42,334 nt of DNA from a bacterium. Lineage in GTDB: Bacteria > Cyanobacteriota > Vampirovibrionia > Gastranaerophilales > JBAXKC01. Below the pieces are notes generated by a model, which saw only the letters and a list, made by a program, of their open reading frames with translations, made no database searches and was not told the DNA's origin. The DNA lies in assembly GCA_037137535.1 (NCBI GenBank), contig JBAXKC010000025.1:1-42334 (forward strand), in the 5' to 3' direction. A program made the translations under genes and the position numbers. Below, piece after piece: positions 29,477 to 38,516 of the stretch. The stretch's first letter is position 1; the number at the start of each line of letters is the position of its first letter.

Positions 29477-29812
29477 ATGCAATTAACAACAAGAACAACA
29501 GCTAATTATCCTACATATCAAAAAAACACAAATAAACATCAAGTAGCATTTTCTGGCAATATCGGAACTAAAATTGTTGATAAATGCTGGGAAAATCATG
29601 ATAAGGCCTATGGTGCTTTAACAAAAGCATGTAATGAAGGTAATGCCAGACATTATAAAGCTGTTATAGAAACACTTCCTAAATACATAGAAAAAAAATG
29701 TCCTGCTTTCTATAAATTTGCTAATAGTAAAACTGGATTTGTTGTCAGAATGATTGCAGAGGGTATTGTAGGCGGTATAGTAGGCGGAACTTTAATTAAG
29801 AAATTTTACTAG
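29477..29812 (+). CDS. Tandem-array paralogue 2 (modules B-Y-Q)
   Basis: Intact 111-aa ORF; AGGA RBS overlaps the previous stop codon. Confidence 0.85.
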   Translation: MQLTTRTTANYPTYQKNTNKHQVAFSGNIGTKIVDKCWENHDKAYGALTKACNEGNARHYKAVIETLPKYIEKKCPAFYKFANSKTGFVVRMIAEGIVGGIVGGTLIKKFY

Positions 29813-29823
29813 GATTTAATAAT

Positions 29824-30171
29824 ATGCAATTAACAACAAGAACAACAGCTAATTATCCTACATATCAAAAAAAAACAGCTAAACAGCAAGTGGCCTTTTC
29901 GGGAAATATTGGAACTAAAATTGTTGACAAATGCTGGGAAAATCATGATAAGGCTTATAATGCTCTAGGTAGACAATACAATAAAGCTTGGGATAGACAT
30001 GCTTTAATTTGTGATGAAATAGTAGTAAAAAATATTGCCAAAACTATAGAAAAAAAATGTCCTGCTTTCTATAAATTTGCTAATAGTAAACCAGGATTTG
30101 TTGTCAGAATGATTGCAGAAGGTATTGTAGGCGGTATAATAGGCGGAACCTTATTTAATAAATTTTACTAG
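29824..30171 (+). CDS. Tandem-array paralogue 3 (modules A-X-Q)
   Basis: Intact 115-aa ORF. Confidence 0.85.
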   Translation: MQLTTRTTANYPTYQKKTAKQQVAFSGNIGTKIVDKCWENHDKAYNALGRQYNKAWDRHALICDEIVVKNIAKTIEKKCPAFYKFANSKPGFVVRMIAEGIVGGIIGGTLFNKFY

Positions 30172-30182
30172 GATTTAATAAT

Positions 30183-30530
30183 ATGCAATTAACAACAAGA
30201 ACAACAGCTAATTATCCTACATATCAAAAAAACACAAATAAACATCAAGTAGCATTTTCTGGCAATATCGGAACTAAAATTGTTGATAAATGTTGGGAAA
30301 ATCATGATAAGGCTTATAATGCTTTAGGTAGACAATACAATAAAGCTTGGGATAGACATGCTTTAGTTTGTGATGAAATAGTAGTAAAAAATATTGCCAC
30401 AACTATAGAAAAAAAATGTCCTGCTTTGTATAAATTTGCCAATACTAAAATAGGCAAAGAAATCTGCTATATTGCTTATTTATCAGTTGGTGCAGCTGCT
30501 GGCTATTTCATGAGTAAATATTGGTATTAA
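30183..30530 (+). CDS. Tandem-array paralogue 4 (modules B-X-R)
   Basis: Intact 115-aa ORF with a unique C-terminus. Confidence 0.85.
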   Translation: MQLTTRTTANYPTYQKNTNKHQVAFSGNIGTKIVDKCWENHDKAYNALGRQYNKAWDRHALVCDEIVVKNIATTIEKKCPALYKFANTKIGKEICYIAYLSVGAAAGYFMSKYWY

Positions 30531-30545
30531 ACAGGATTTAATAAT

Positions 30546-30881
30546 ATGCAATTAACAACAAGAACAACAGCTAATTATCCTACATATCAAAAAAAAACAA
30601 ATAAACAACAAGTGGCTTTTTCAGGAAATATTGGAACTAAAATTGTTGATAAATGCTGGGAAAATCATGATAAGGCTTATAACGCTTTAACAAAAGCATG
30701 CAATGAAGGCGATGCTAGACATTATAAAGCTGTTATGGAAACACTTCCTAAATACATAGAAAAAAAATGCCCTGCTTTCTATAAATTTGCTAACAGTAAA
30801 GTTGGAGGTGCCATTATAATAGTTGCCGAAAGTATAATTGGCGGTATAATAGGCGGAACTTTATTTAATAAATTTTACTAG
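30546..30881 (+). CDS. Tandem-array paralogue 5 (modules A/B-Y-P)
   Basis: Intact 111-aa ORF. Confidence 0.85.
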   Translation: MQLTTRTTANYPTYQKKTNKQQVAFSGNIGTKIVDKCWENHDKAYNALTKACNEGDARHYKAVMETLPKYIEKKCPAFYKFANSKVGGAIIIVAESIIGGIIGGTLFNKFY

Positions 30882-30926
30882 GATTTAATAATATGCAATT
30901 AAAAATTTATCAGTTAAAATATAACC

Positions 30927-32630
30927 ATGATAAATTCAATTCATATTAAAAACTTTGCTCTTATTGATAAAATAGAAATCCCTTTTAACAAAGGGTTAAA
31001 TATACTTGCAGGCGAAACAGGAGCAGGTAAAAGTATTATTATTGATGCTATTGATGCGGCTTTTGGGGCAAGAACTTCAAAAGAGTTCATTAAATCGGGC
31101 GAAAAAAAAGCATTTGTCGAATTGACAATAAAACTTGAAGACAGCTTTCCCTTTGAATTATTGGCTGAAAATGAAATAGAAATTGAAGAAGATAATATTC
31201 TTACCGTTTCAAGAGAAATTTCTCAAAGCGGTTCTAAATCAAGAATTAACGGCATAATTGTAACTCAGAACTATATTAATAATTTAAGAAAATATCTGCT
31301 TGATATTCACAGTCAGCATGAAACTTATACTTATATTAATCCTAAAACACATCTGACTTTATTAGACAGTTATGGCGGAGAAAACCACAGAAAAATGATT
31401 GAAGAGTTTTCCACCGCTCATAATCAATTTAAAAGCCTAACAAAACAATTAAACTCTATAAAATCGGGAATACAGGAAAAAACAAGACGAATAGATTTTT
31501 TAAGCTATCAGGTTGAAGAAATATTTTCTGCAAAAATCAAAAATGCCGAGGAATACACACAATTAATTGAAGAACGAGAATTATTAATCAATGCCGAAGA
31601 GTTAAAAACCTCTTCATATTCAGGCTATGAATTAATTTACGGACAAGAAAACAGCGTAATAGATCTTTTAAGCGGTATAGAAAAGAAACTGGAAAAATTA
31701 TCGAGCTACGATAAACAATTAGGCGAAATAGCAGGGACAATCTCCTCTGCAAAAATAGAATTAAAAGATGCTGCTGAAACGCTTATGGATTACTCCGAAA
31801 ATATTGATGCAAATCCTTATAAACTTGAACAAATTGAAGAAAGAATTGAAACTCTCGAAAAATTAAAAAGAAAATATGGACCAGAGCTTAGCGATGTTAT
31901 TTCAAATCTTGAAAAATTTGAAACAGAACTTGAAGAAATCTCTTTCAGCGATGAAAAAATTTCTGAATTAGAAAATAAACTTAACTATATTGAAAAAGAG
32001 ATGATAAATTATGCCAATAATCTTTCTAAAAACAGAAAGATTTTATCTGAAAAATTATCATTATTAATTCAAAAGGAAATAAAAAAACTTGAAATGCCTC
32101 ATGCAAAATTCTTAATCGGAGTTAATTCCGATAATGACATCACTTCAAACGGTTTTGATAATGCAGAGTTCTTAATTTCAACCAATCCGGGGGAAGACTT
32201 AAAACCCTTGGCAAAAGTTGCGAGTGGGGGCGAAATTTCAAGAATAATGCTCGGAATGAAAACAGTTTTTGCAAAATCTGATAAAGTGAACACAGTTATT
32301 TTTGATGAAATAGATACAGGAATAAGCGGAAAAACTTCTCAGGCGGTTGCGGAAGAACTCGCAAGCCTATCAGCTTCGCATCAGATACTTTGTATAACTC
32401 ACCAGCCTATAATTGCAGCAATGGCGGACAAATATCTCTTTGTAGAAAAATTCCAAGAGGAAAATTCAACAAAAGTTGAAGTCAAAGAATTAAACAGGGA
32501 AGAAATAATCAGAGCCCTCGCAAAACTTGCAAGCGGCTCTGAAAATAATGATGAATCTATTAAATTTGCTCAAAATCTTATTGATAAAGCAACTGAATAT
32601 AAAGAAAATCTCTTAACCACCGCAAGTTGA
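30927..32630 (+). CDS. recN: DNA repair protein RecN
   Basis: GETGAGKSII, HSQHE, ASGGEISR, FDEIDTG, CITHQP. Confidence 0.97.
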   Translation: MINSIHIKNFALIDKIEIPFNKGLNILAGETGAGKSIIIDAIDAAFGARTSKEFIKSGEKKAFVELTIKLEDSFPFELLAENEIEIEEDNILTVSREISQSGSKSRINGIIVTQNYINNLRKYLLDIHSQHETYTYINPKTHLTLLDSYGGENHRKMIEEFSTAHNQFKSLTKQLNSIKSGIQEKTRRIDFLSYQVEEIFSAKIKNAEEYTQLIEERELLINAEELKTSSYSGYELIYGQENSVIDLLSGIEKKLEKLSSYDKQLGEIAGTISSAKIELKDAAETLMDYSENIDANPYKLEQIEERIETLEKLKRKYGPELSDVISNLEKFETELEEISFSDEKISELENKLNYIEKEMINYANNLSKNRKILSEKLSLLIQKEIKKLEMPHAKFLIGVNSDNDITSNGFDNAEFLISTNPGEDLKPLAKVASGGEISRIMLGMKTVFAKSDKVNTVIFDEIDTGISGKTSQAVAEELASLSASHQILCITHQPIIAAMADKYLFVEKFQEENSTKVEVKELNREEIIRALAKLASGSENNDESIKFAQNLIDKATEYKENLLTTAS

Positions 32631-32834
32631 ACAGCTAGAGCTTGAACAACTTCCGCATTTACTTGATGAAGAATCATCAGAGTTGCTTTTTCCTGCAACT
32701 ATAAATCCGCCCCAAACTTTGGAAACGTTTTCACTTTTACACTCAGGACAATCGGGAACGGTTAAATCGTTCATTGATTTAGTTATGGTAAAAGCTTTAT
32801 CACAATCCTTGCATTTATAATCATAGCTTGGCAT
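32613..32834 (-). CDS. FmdB family zinc-ribbon protein
   Basis: MPSYDYKCKDC...CPECKS with a Cys/Ser-rich tail. Confidence 0.9.
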   Translation of the reverse strand: MPSYDYKCKDCDKAFTITKSMNDLTVPDCPECKSENVSKVWGGFIVAGKSNSDDSSSSKCGSCSSSSCSTCGG

Positions 32835-32850
32835 TTAACTTGCTCCTTAA

Positions 32851-34227
32851 TTATAGTTTATTCATAAACAATGCAATTATATCGTTAAATATAATAAGCA
32901 CCATAAGGGTTATAAGTATAGCAAAACTCACTTTTGCGATATTTTCCTGAATTGTTTCATTAAGCGGACGTCCTCTTAGTTTTTCAATAAGTAAAAAGAC
33001 TATATGCCCACCGTCTAAAGCAGGAATAGGAAGAAGATTTACAATAGCAAGATCCATACTGATAAGTGCAGTTAATAAAAGTCCGTCCCATATTCCTTTA
33101 TGCTGAATCATATCACCGCCTATTTTAGTAATGGCAACAATTCCATGCATTTCAGAAAGAGGGATTTTATTTGTAAACAGCATACACAAACCCTTTAACA
33201 TAAATTCTGTATTGCTGGATAAATAATTCCATGAAAGTTTTACTGACTGACCAAAACTTTTTGAAGGAATTTTAATTTCATCCGATATTAATCTTATACC
33301 CAATAAACCTTCTTTATTAGGATAAGCAGGAAGCAAAGCAACTTCTTTTCCATCTCTTAAAACGGTTATATCAACAGGATGAGCATTATCAGATCGAGCA
33401 GAAGCTATATCAAATAAAGAAACTTTGCCATCGGCCGTAAGTTCATTTTTCTCTTCAAGACTATCTCTTAGTTTTAATTGATTATTATTTAATTTGTAGC
33501 CCGAAGGTTTATAGCCATACATAGCAGTGATTTTATCGCCCTTAAAGACAATAAGTTTTTCTGGAGTAGATTCAGGCAAAATTATTTTTATTCCTGACGG
33601 AATTGATGTTTTTTCATTTAGTCCATTTAAAGACGGGTTTTTAGCTATTAACTGTTTTTCATAGTCATTGATTTTTGCTGACTCAACATAACCGTCAAAC
33701 TTTTTACTTCTTTGAATTATATTTGTAAACTGAGAGGGTGTTTCTATCTTTGAACCATTTGCAGAAGCTATTATGTCACCTGCTTTTAGTCCTGCCGCAT
33801 AGGCTGAATATTGTTTTCCTTGCTGTAAATCTTTTACACTTACAATATAATTGCCTGACGGAAGTTTCCCCGACCCAACGGCAACAAGTAAAACTATAAA
33901 ATATGCAATAATTACATTTGCCGTAACTCCTGCCACAACAACGCAAAGTCTTTTCCATACCGGCTTATTTGCAAATCTGTCAGGTGAATCTTTAGGGATT
34001 TCAGAATCAGGATCATCATCAGGAAATGAAACATATCCACCCAATAATAGAGCATGAATACATAATGTTAAATCTCCGAATTTTTTTTCATAGAGAGTAG
34101 GGCCAAAAGGTAATCCAAAGCCGAATCGACTTACTTTAAAACCTAAAGCTCTAGCCACACCGAAGTGTCCTAATTCATGCACAAGCACGAGAATGCTTAA
34201 TAATGCCAGCATAGTTATAATATGCAT
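32851..34227 (-). CDS. rseP: RIP metalloprotease RseP (M50) with an insertion in the PDZ domain
   Basis: HELGH, GGYV, AGVTAN, NLLPIPALDGG. Confidence 0.93.
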   Translation of the reverse strand: MHIITMLALLSILVLVHELGHFGVARALGFKVSRFGFGLPFGPTLYEKKFGDLTLCIHALLLGGYVSFPDDDPDSEIPKDSPDRFANKPVWKRLCVVVAGVTANVIIAYFIVLLVAVGSGKLPSGNYIVSVKDLQQGKQYSAYAAGLKAGDIIASANGSKIETPSQFTNIIQRSKKFDGYVESAKINDYEKQLIAKNPSLNGLNEKTSIPSGIKIILPESTPEKLIVFKGDKITAMYGYKPSGYKLNNNQLKLRDSLEEKNELTADGKVSLFDIASARSDNAHPVDITVLRDGKEVALLPAYPNKEGLLGIRLISDEIKIPSKSFGQSVKLSWNYLSSNTEFMLKGLCMLFTNKIPLSEMHGIVAITKIGGDMIQHKGIWDGLLLTALISMDLAIVNLLPIPALDGGHIVFLLIEKLRGRPLNETIQENIAKVSFAILITLMVLIIFNDIIALFMNKL

Positions 34228-34324
34228 ATTTTTTCTACCCTTTTTTATAATAAGTCAGTTCTACTAAATTTTATCATATACAAAATACAAAAAAGAGTTA
34301 AATAGCCTTATTGGAATAAGCCAA

Positions 34325-35467
34325 TTAATTTTTAATAAATAAAAGACTATTAAATAAAAACGTGGTTATTAAAAAACTTATTATTATTTGGAAAAAACCC
34401 ATATTGAAAATTTTAAGAATTAAACCCGGTGTTTTATTGCTAGTATCTAATTTATGCTTATTTAAAAGTTCTTCTCCTGTTTTAATAGTACGCATAATTT
34501 GCTTTTCAGAGGCAGGAGCTGTTGTCAAATATTGTTGAACCCACATCCCCATTTGCCTCCAATAAGAAAGCATAAACATAAATCCAAAAACCAGCACAAG
34601 AAAGTTAAACGGAGGAGTTTTTAAAATACCTGACAATAAAATTAAAAGCTGAATACCCACAATTAAAATAACAATATTTGTACCGCAACGTTTATGCGGT
34701 CTCGGCTGCATTCTTATTGTGGTGACAGTTAAGGGCAAGCCTTTTTCTATTGCATGAATTGTCTGATGTTCTGCCGCATGATACCTAACCAAAGGGGTAA
34801 GCCTTAATAAGGCAACAAAAAATACGAGCTGAAGTATAACTGCAAAAAAAATCGGCAAATGAAAATAGTTTGAAATAGAAGCAGTAAGATATTGAGCAGA
34901 AATAGCCATAACAGCAAAAACTATTCCCAATGTAATAAAACCTAATTGCCCAAAAGCCCCTGCCGAATGTATTCCGTCAGTCAGATAAACGCCTAAAGGA
35001 GTAGCAAGGCCACCTATTGAAGACGGCTTTATCATTTTTGTAAGGTAACCAATCAATGCAGAACGTGTTATGCAATATCCTGTATATCTTTCAGCCTTAT
35101 CAATTACAGGAATAAAACGAGTATGCATTTCATGAACATTTTCCAAAATCTCTTCTATATTAGTATGGGCTGTTTCTGTCCATACGTTTGTAGTCATTAT
35201 ATCTTCAACAGTTATATTAAGCTTATAACTTTCTTCAGCAAAGCTCCATTCAGGGAGAAGTTGAGCAAGATCATATTCTGAAACGATTCCAACTATTTTA
35301 CCTTCAGCATTAATAACAGGAAGAGTATCATTATCAGCTTCTTTAAATGCCTCAGCAAGCTTAAAAGCTTCTAAATATTTAGCAACAGCGGGAATCGCCT
35401 CTGATACTTCCTCTATATTTGGAAGTTTGGGGTTTTTATTTCCATCATGAGATTTTGACCATACCAT
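34325..35467 (-). CDS. CBS-pair plus DUF1385-like membrane domain fusion
   Basis: CBS motifs (LPVI...GIVSEYD; VEDIMT..V); C-terminal YHAAEH, H.RCGT and Q..TT..P. Confidence 0.7.
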   Translation of the reverse strand: MVWSKSHDGNKNPKLPNIEEVSEAIPAVAKYLEAFKLAEAFKEADNDTLPVINAEGKIVGIVSEYDLAQLLPEWSFAEESYKLNITVEDIMTTNVWTETAHTNIEEILENVHEMHTRFIPVIDKAERYTGYCITRSALIGYLTKMIKPSSIGGLATPLGVYLTDGIHSAGAFGQLGFITLGIVFAVMAISAQYLTASISNYFHLPIFFAVILQLVFFVALLRLTPLVRYHAAEHQTIHAIEKGLPLTVTTIRMQPRPHKRCGTNIVILIVGIQLLILLSGILKTPPFNFLVLVFGFMFMLSYWRQMGMWVQQYLTTAPASEKQIMRTIKTGEELLNKHKLDTSNKTPGLILKIFNMGFFQIIISFLITTFLFNSLLFIKN

Positions 35468-35544
35468 ATAATTCCCCCTCGTGTAATTAATAAAATAGAC
35501 TTATAATTATTATATGTTTATAAAGTTAATTTTAAATCGCAGAA

Positions 35545-36192
35545 ATGATTAATTTATTTTCAAAAATATTAAACTGGATTTATCCTAAAAAATGCCTCAC
35601 CTGTAAAAAGTTCATTGAGCATGATTTTTTATGCGATGAATGCCTAAAAAAAATAAATTATAATTCCCCTAAACCTATAAAAATCGTACTTGATATCAAG
35701 GTTTACTCAGCTTGTCTATATATTCGTCCCATAAATAATCTTATAAAAGCCCTGAAATATAAAGGAAAAACAAAAACCACTAAATTAATAGCTCAAATAC
35801 TTTATGAATATCTTCAAAAAACAGAACTAAATCTTGAAAATACTGAACTTATTCCTGTTCCTCTACATAAAAAAAGACAAAAACACAGAAGTTTTAACCA
35901 TATGGAGCTAATTGCAAAAGAATTAAGCATATTAACAAGCTGTCCGATAAATAATAAACTGGTAAAAAGAATTAAAAACACTAAACCTCAACACGAATTA
36001 TCTACCGAACAAAGATCTGAAAATTTAAAAAACGCTTTTAAAGTCGAGAAAAAAAATTATAACGGTAAAACTATTATTATACTTGATGATATTTTTACAT
36101 CAGGTGCTACTGTTTCAGAAATTATAAAAGAACTTAAAAACCAAGAAATAGATAATATAATTACAGTTGTGCTTTCTAACCCAAAAAAATAA
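35545..36192 (+). CDS. comF: ComF family protein (zinc finger plus PRTase-like domain)
   Basis: CxxC...CxxC, PVPLH, RSFN, DDIFTSGAT. Confidence 0.9.
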   Translation: MINLFSKILNWIYPKKCLTCKKFIEHDFLCDECLKKINYNSPKPIKIVLDIKVYSACLYIRPINNLIKALKYKGKTKTTKLIAQILYEYLQKTELNLENTELIPVPLHKKRQKHRSFNHMELIAKELSILTSCPINNKLVKRIKNTKPQHELSTEQRSENLKNAFKVEKKNYNGKTIIILDDIFTSGATVSEIIKELKNQEIDNIITVVLSNPKK

Positions 36193-36236
36193 CTCAATTA
36201 AAAAATCAGCATTATCTGCTGATTTTTTAATTGAGT
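36192..36236. terminator. Bidirectional terminator with a perfect 20-bp stem
   Basis: ACTCAATTAAAAAATCAGCA-ttatc-TGCTGATTTTTTAATTGAGT between convergent genes. Confidence 0.8.
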
Positions 36237-36253
36237 ATAACATTATTTATAAT

Positions 36254-36613
36254 TTATTTGCTTTCTTTTGGCTTACTGCATAATTTAACGATTAATCCAA
36301 GTCCTGCACCTAGAGCAGCTGCCCCTGTTGCCCACATTACTGGATTTACAGTTAAAACTAATGGCACAAGTTTTTTTATATCCTCTTTGAAAACCATTTT
36401 ATTAAAATTATTTCTAAGGACTTTAATACTCTCATTAATAGCATTTTCTTGTTTTTCTTTATTCACCATAAACATTACAGAATCTACGGTACCTGCAGTT
36501 ACACCAAGTCCCGCTCCAATTAATGCTCCATTTTTGATGGGATGACTTTCTTTTTTTTCAATTTTATTTTGAGTTGTACCAAAAGAAACCAATTTATTTG
36601 AAATATTATTCAT
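36254..36613 (-). CDS. Hypothetical small protein with two glycine-zipper helices
   Basis: GAGGAGG RBS before ATG 36613; GALIGAGLG and GAAALGAGLG; leader ends in VSFG. Confidence 0.75.
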   Translation of the reverse strand: MNNISNKLVSFGTTQNKIEKKESHPIKNGALIGAGLGVTAGTVDSVMFMVNKEKQENAINESIKVLRNNFNKMVFKEDIKKLVPLVLTVNPVMWATGAAALGAGLGLIVKLCSKPKESK

Positions 36614-36853
36614 TTTAACCTCCTCTTCATCAAGATTTATCATAGTTATTAAAACAAATAATTCATAAAATTAATAGTAGTCGAATAAATAATAACTATA
36701 AATTTACATCTGATTTAAACTTTTTAAAATTAATTCTGAAAAATTTTTTTAAATAAATTATAATTATTTATGACATTTACCTGTAAAATATTTTAATAAA
36801 ACTTTTAATTATTAATAAAGATATAAGATTGTATTTTTTAGAGGAGCAAAATT

Positions 36854-37474
36854 ATGGCAAAAATAGCAATAATATACCACAGCGGAAAAGGTCATACTGA
36901 AAGACAGGCAAGAGCTGTAATGGAAGGTGCTTCTAAGGTTGAAGGAGTTGAAATAAGACTTATTTCAATAAAAGAAAAACCAAATAGTGCTGATATTATG
37001 CTTTTCTGCCAAGAAGACGAAACCATAGACGGATGGGATTATTTAAATAAAGCCGATGCAATTATATTCGGTTCTCCAACCTATATGGGATCTATTTCCT
37101 TTCAATTTAAAAAATTCATGGACATGAGTTCAAAAGTATGGTTCAGACAAGCGTGGAAAGATAAACTGGCGGCAGGCTTTGTGAATTCAGGCTGGCCAAG
37201 CGGTGATAAACTTAATTCTATGCTTCAATTCGTTATTTTTGCAGCTCAACATGGAATGATCTGGATAAATCCTGCGGTAATACCAGGCAATTTAGCTAAA
37301 AAAGACCCTGAATGCACAGATGTAAACAGATTAGGCAGTTTTATGGGTGCAATGGCAATGTCACCGTTTGATGAAAGTGCTGAAATAGCTCCGCCTGAAT
37401 GCGATTTAATAACAGCAAGAAGACTGGGTGAAAGAGTAGCAGTAAGCACACTTCGTTGGATCAAAGGAAAATAA
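36854..37474 (+). CDS. Flavodoxin-like NAD(P)H:quinone oxidoreductase (WrbA family)
   Basis: YHSGKGHT, FGSPTYMG, GF.NSG..SGDK, QHGM. Confidence 0.9.
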   Translation: MAKIAIIYHSGKGHTERQARAVMEGASKVEGVEIRLISIKEKPNSADIMLFCQEDETIDGWDYLNKADAIIFGSPTYMGSISFQFKKFMDMSSKVWFRQAWKDKLAAGFVNSGWPSGDKLNSMLQFVIFAAQHGMIWINPAVIPGNLAKKDPECTDVNRLGSFMGAMAMSPFDESAEIAPPECDLITARRLGERVAVSTLRWIKGK

Positions 37475-37475
37475 A

Positions 37476-38516
37476 ATGATAAAGCCGTTTTATTCACCTG
37501 TAAGCAATAAACTAACAGAAATAGGCCCCTCCACAACAGAAGATATAATTATTCTTGCAACAGAAACCAGCTGTGATGAAACAGCAGCTGCAGTTGTTAA
37601 AAATGGTCGTGAAGTATTATCAAATGTAATAGCTTCACAAGTAAAAACCCATAAACAATATGGCGGAGTAGTTCCCGAAGTTGCCGCAAGGGAACACCTT
37701 GAAGCCATAAATCTTGTAATTGACGAAGCAATCGAAAAAGCAGGAATAAAGCCGACAGATATAACTGCTTTTGCCTCAACAATGGGCCCCGGTCTTGTAG
37801 GAGCGTTACTTGTAGGACTAAATGCGGCAAAAACTTTAAGCATTGTCTACGACAAACCTTTTATCGGAGTTAATCACTTAAATTCACACGTTTGTGCAAA
37901 TTATTTAAAAAGTGACTTAGAGCCTCCTTTCATCTGCTTACTTGTAAGCGGAGGGCACAGCCAACTTATAAGGGTAAACTCCTATGACAATCAGGAATTA
38001 CTCGGAGAAACCCTTGATGATGCTATCGGTGAGGCTTACGACAAAGTAGCAAGACTTATAGGACTGGAATATCCCGGTGGACCTTTACTTGATAAACTTG
38101 CTCAAACAGGCGATAAAAAACGTTTCAAATTCACAAAAGCAAAAGTCGGTGAATATGACTTCAGTTTTAGCGGACTTAAAACAGCTGTTTTAAGGGTAGT
38201 TCAATCTTTTAAAGACCAAGAACTGCCTAAAGCAGATATTGCAGCTTCTTTCCAAGAAACTGTCAGCGAAATATTAATAAATAAGACGGTAAAAGCTGCA
38301 ATGGACAGCAATATAAATACTCTTGCAATTGCAGGCGGAGTTGCCGCAAATTCGGAAATCAGGAGAAAACTCTTTGCCCTTGAAGAAAAAGGATTCAAAG
38401 TGTCTGCTCCCGAATTCACATATTGTACTGATAATGCCGCAATGGTTGCAAGCTCTGCTTATTTTCTTGCGAACACTACCGATGATCTTGAAGTTGAAGT
38501 ATTTTCAAGACGTTAA
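37476..38516 (+). CDS. tsaD: tRNA N6-threonylcarbamoyltransferase
   Basis: ETSCDET, GGVVPE.A.R.H, GPGL, HxxxH, SGGH, GEAYDK, TDNAAM. Confidence 0.97.
   Translation: MIKPFYSPVSNKLTEIGPSTTEDIIILATETSCDETAAAVVKNGREVLSNVIASQVKTHKQYGGVVPEVAAREHLEAINLVIDEAIEKAGIKPTDITAFASTMGPGLVGALLVGLNAAKTLSIVYDKPFIGVNHLNSHVCANYLKSDLEPPFICLLVSGGHSQLIRVNSYDNQELLGETLDDAIGEAYDKVARLIGLEYPGGPLLDKLAQTGDKKRFKFTKAKVGEYDFSFSGLKTAVLRVVQSFKDQELPKADIAASFQETVSEILINKTVKAAMDSNINTLAIAGGVAANSEIRRKLFALEEKGFKVSAPEFTYCTDNAAMVASSAYFLANTTDDLEVEVFSRR

Larger units (their letters stand above)
29127..30902 (+). repeat. Five ~350-bp tandem gene units plus the stub of a sixth
   Basis: ATGCAATTAA at 29127, 29477, 29824, 30183, 30546 and 30893; spacer AGGATTTAATAAT precedes the last five. 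Confidence 0.95.

Noticed and set aside
29127-30902. CRISPR array, DGR or integron cassette array
   Set aside because: The units are ~350-bp intact coding genes. There is no cas, reverse transcriptase, integrase or attC-like palindrome, and the differences are block-wise rather than adenine-specific.
36192-36236. Perfect 20-bp palindrome as a MITE/REP element
   Set aside because: Single copy in the window and located between convergent genes; a bidirectional terminator explains it.
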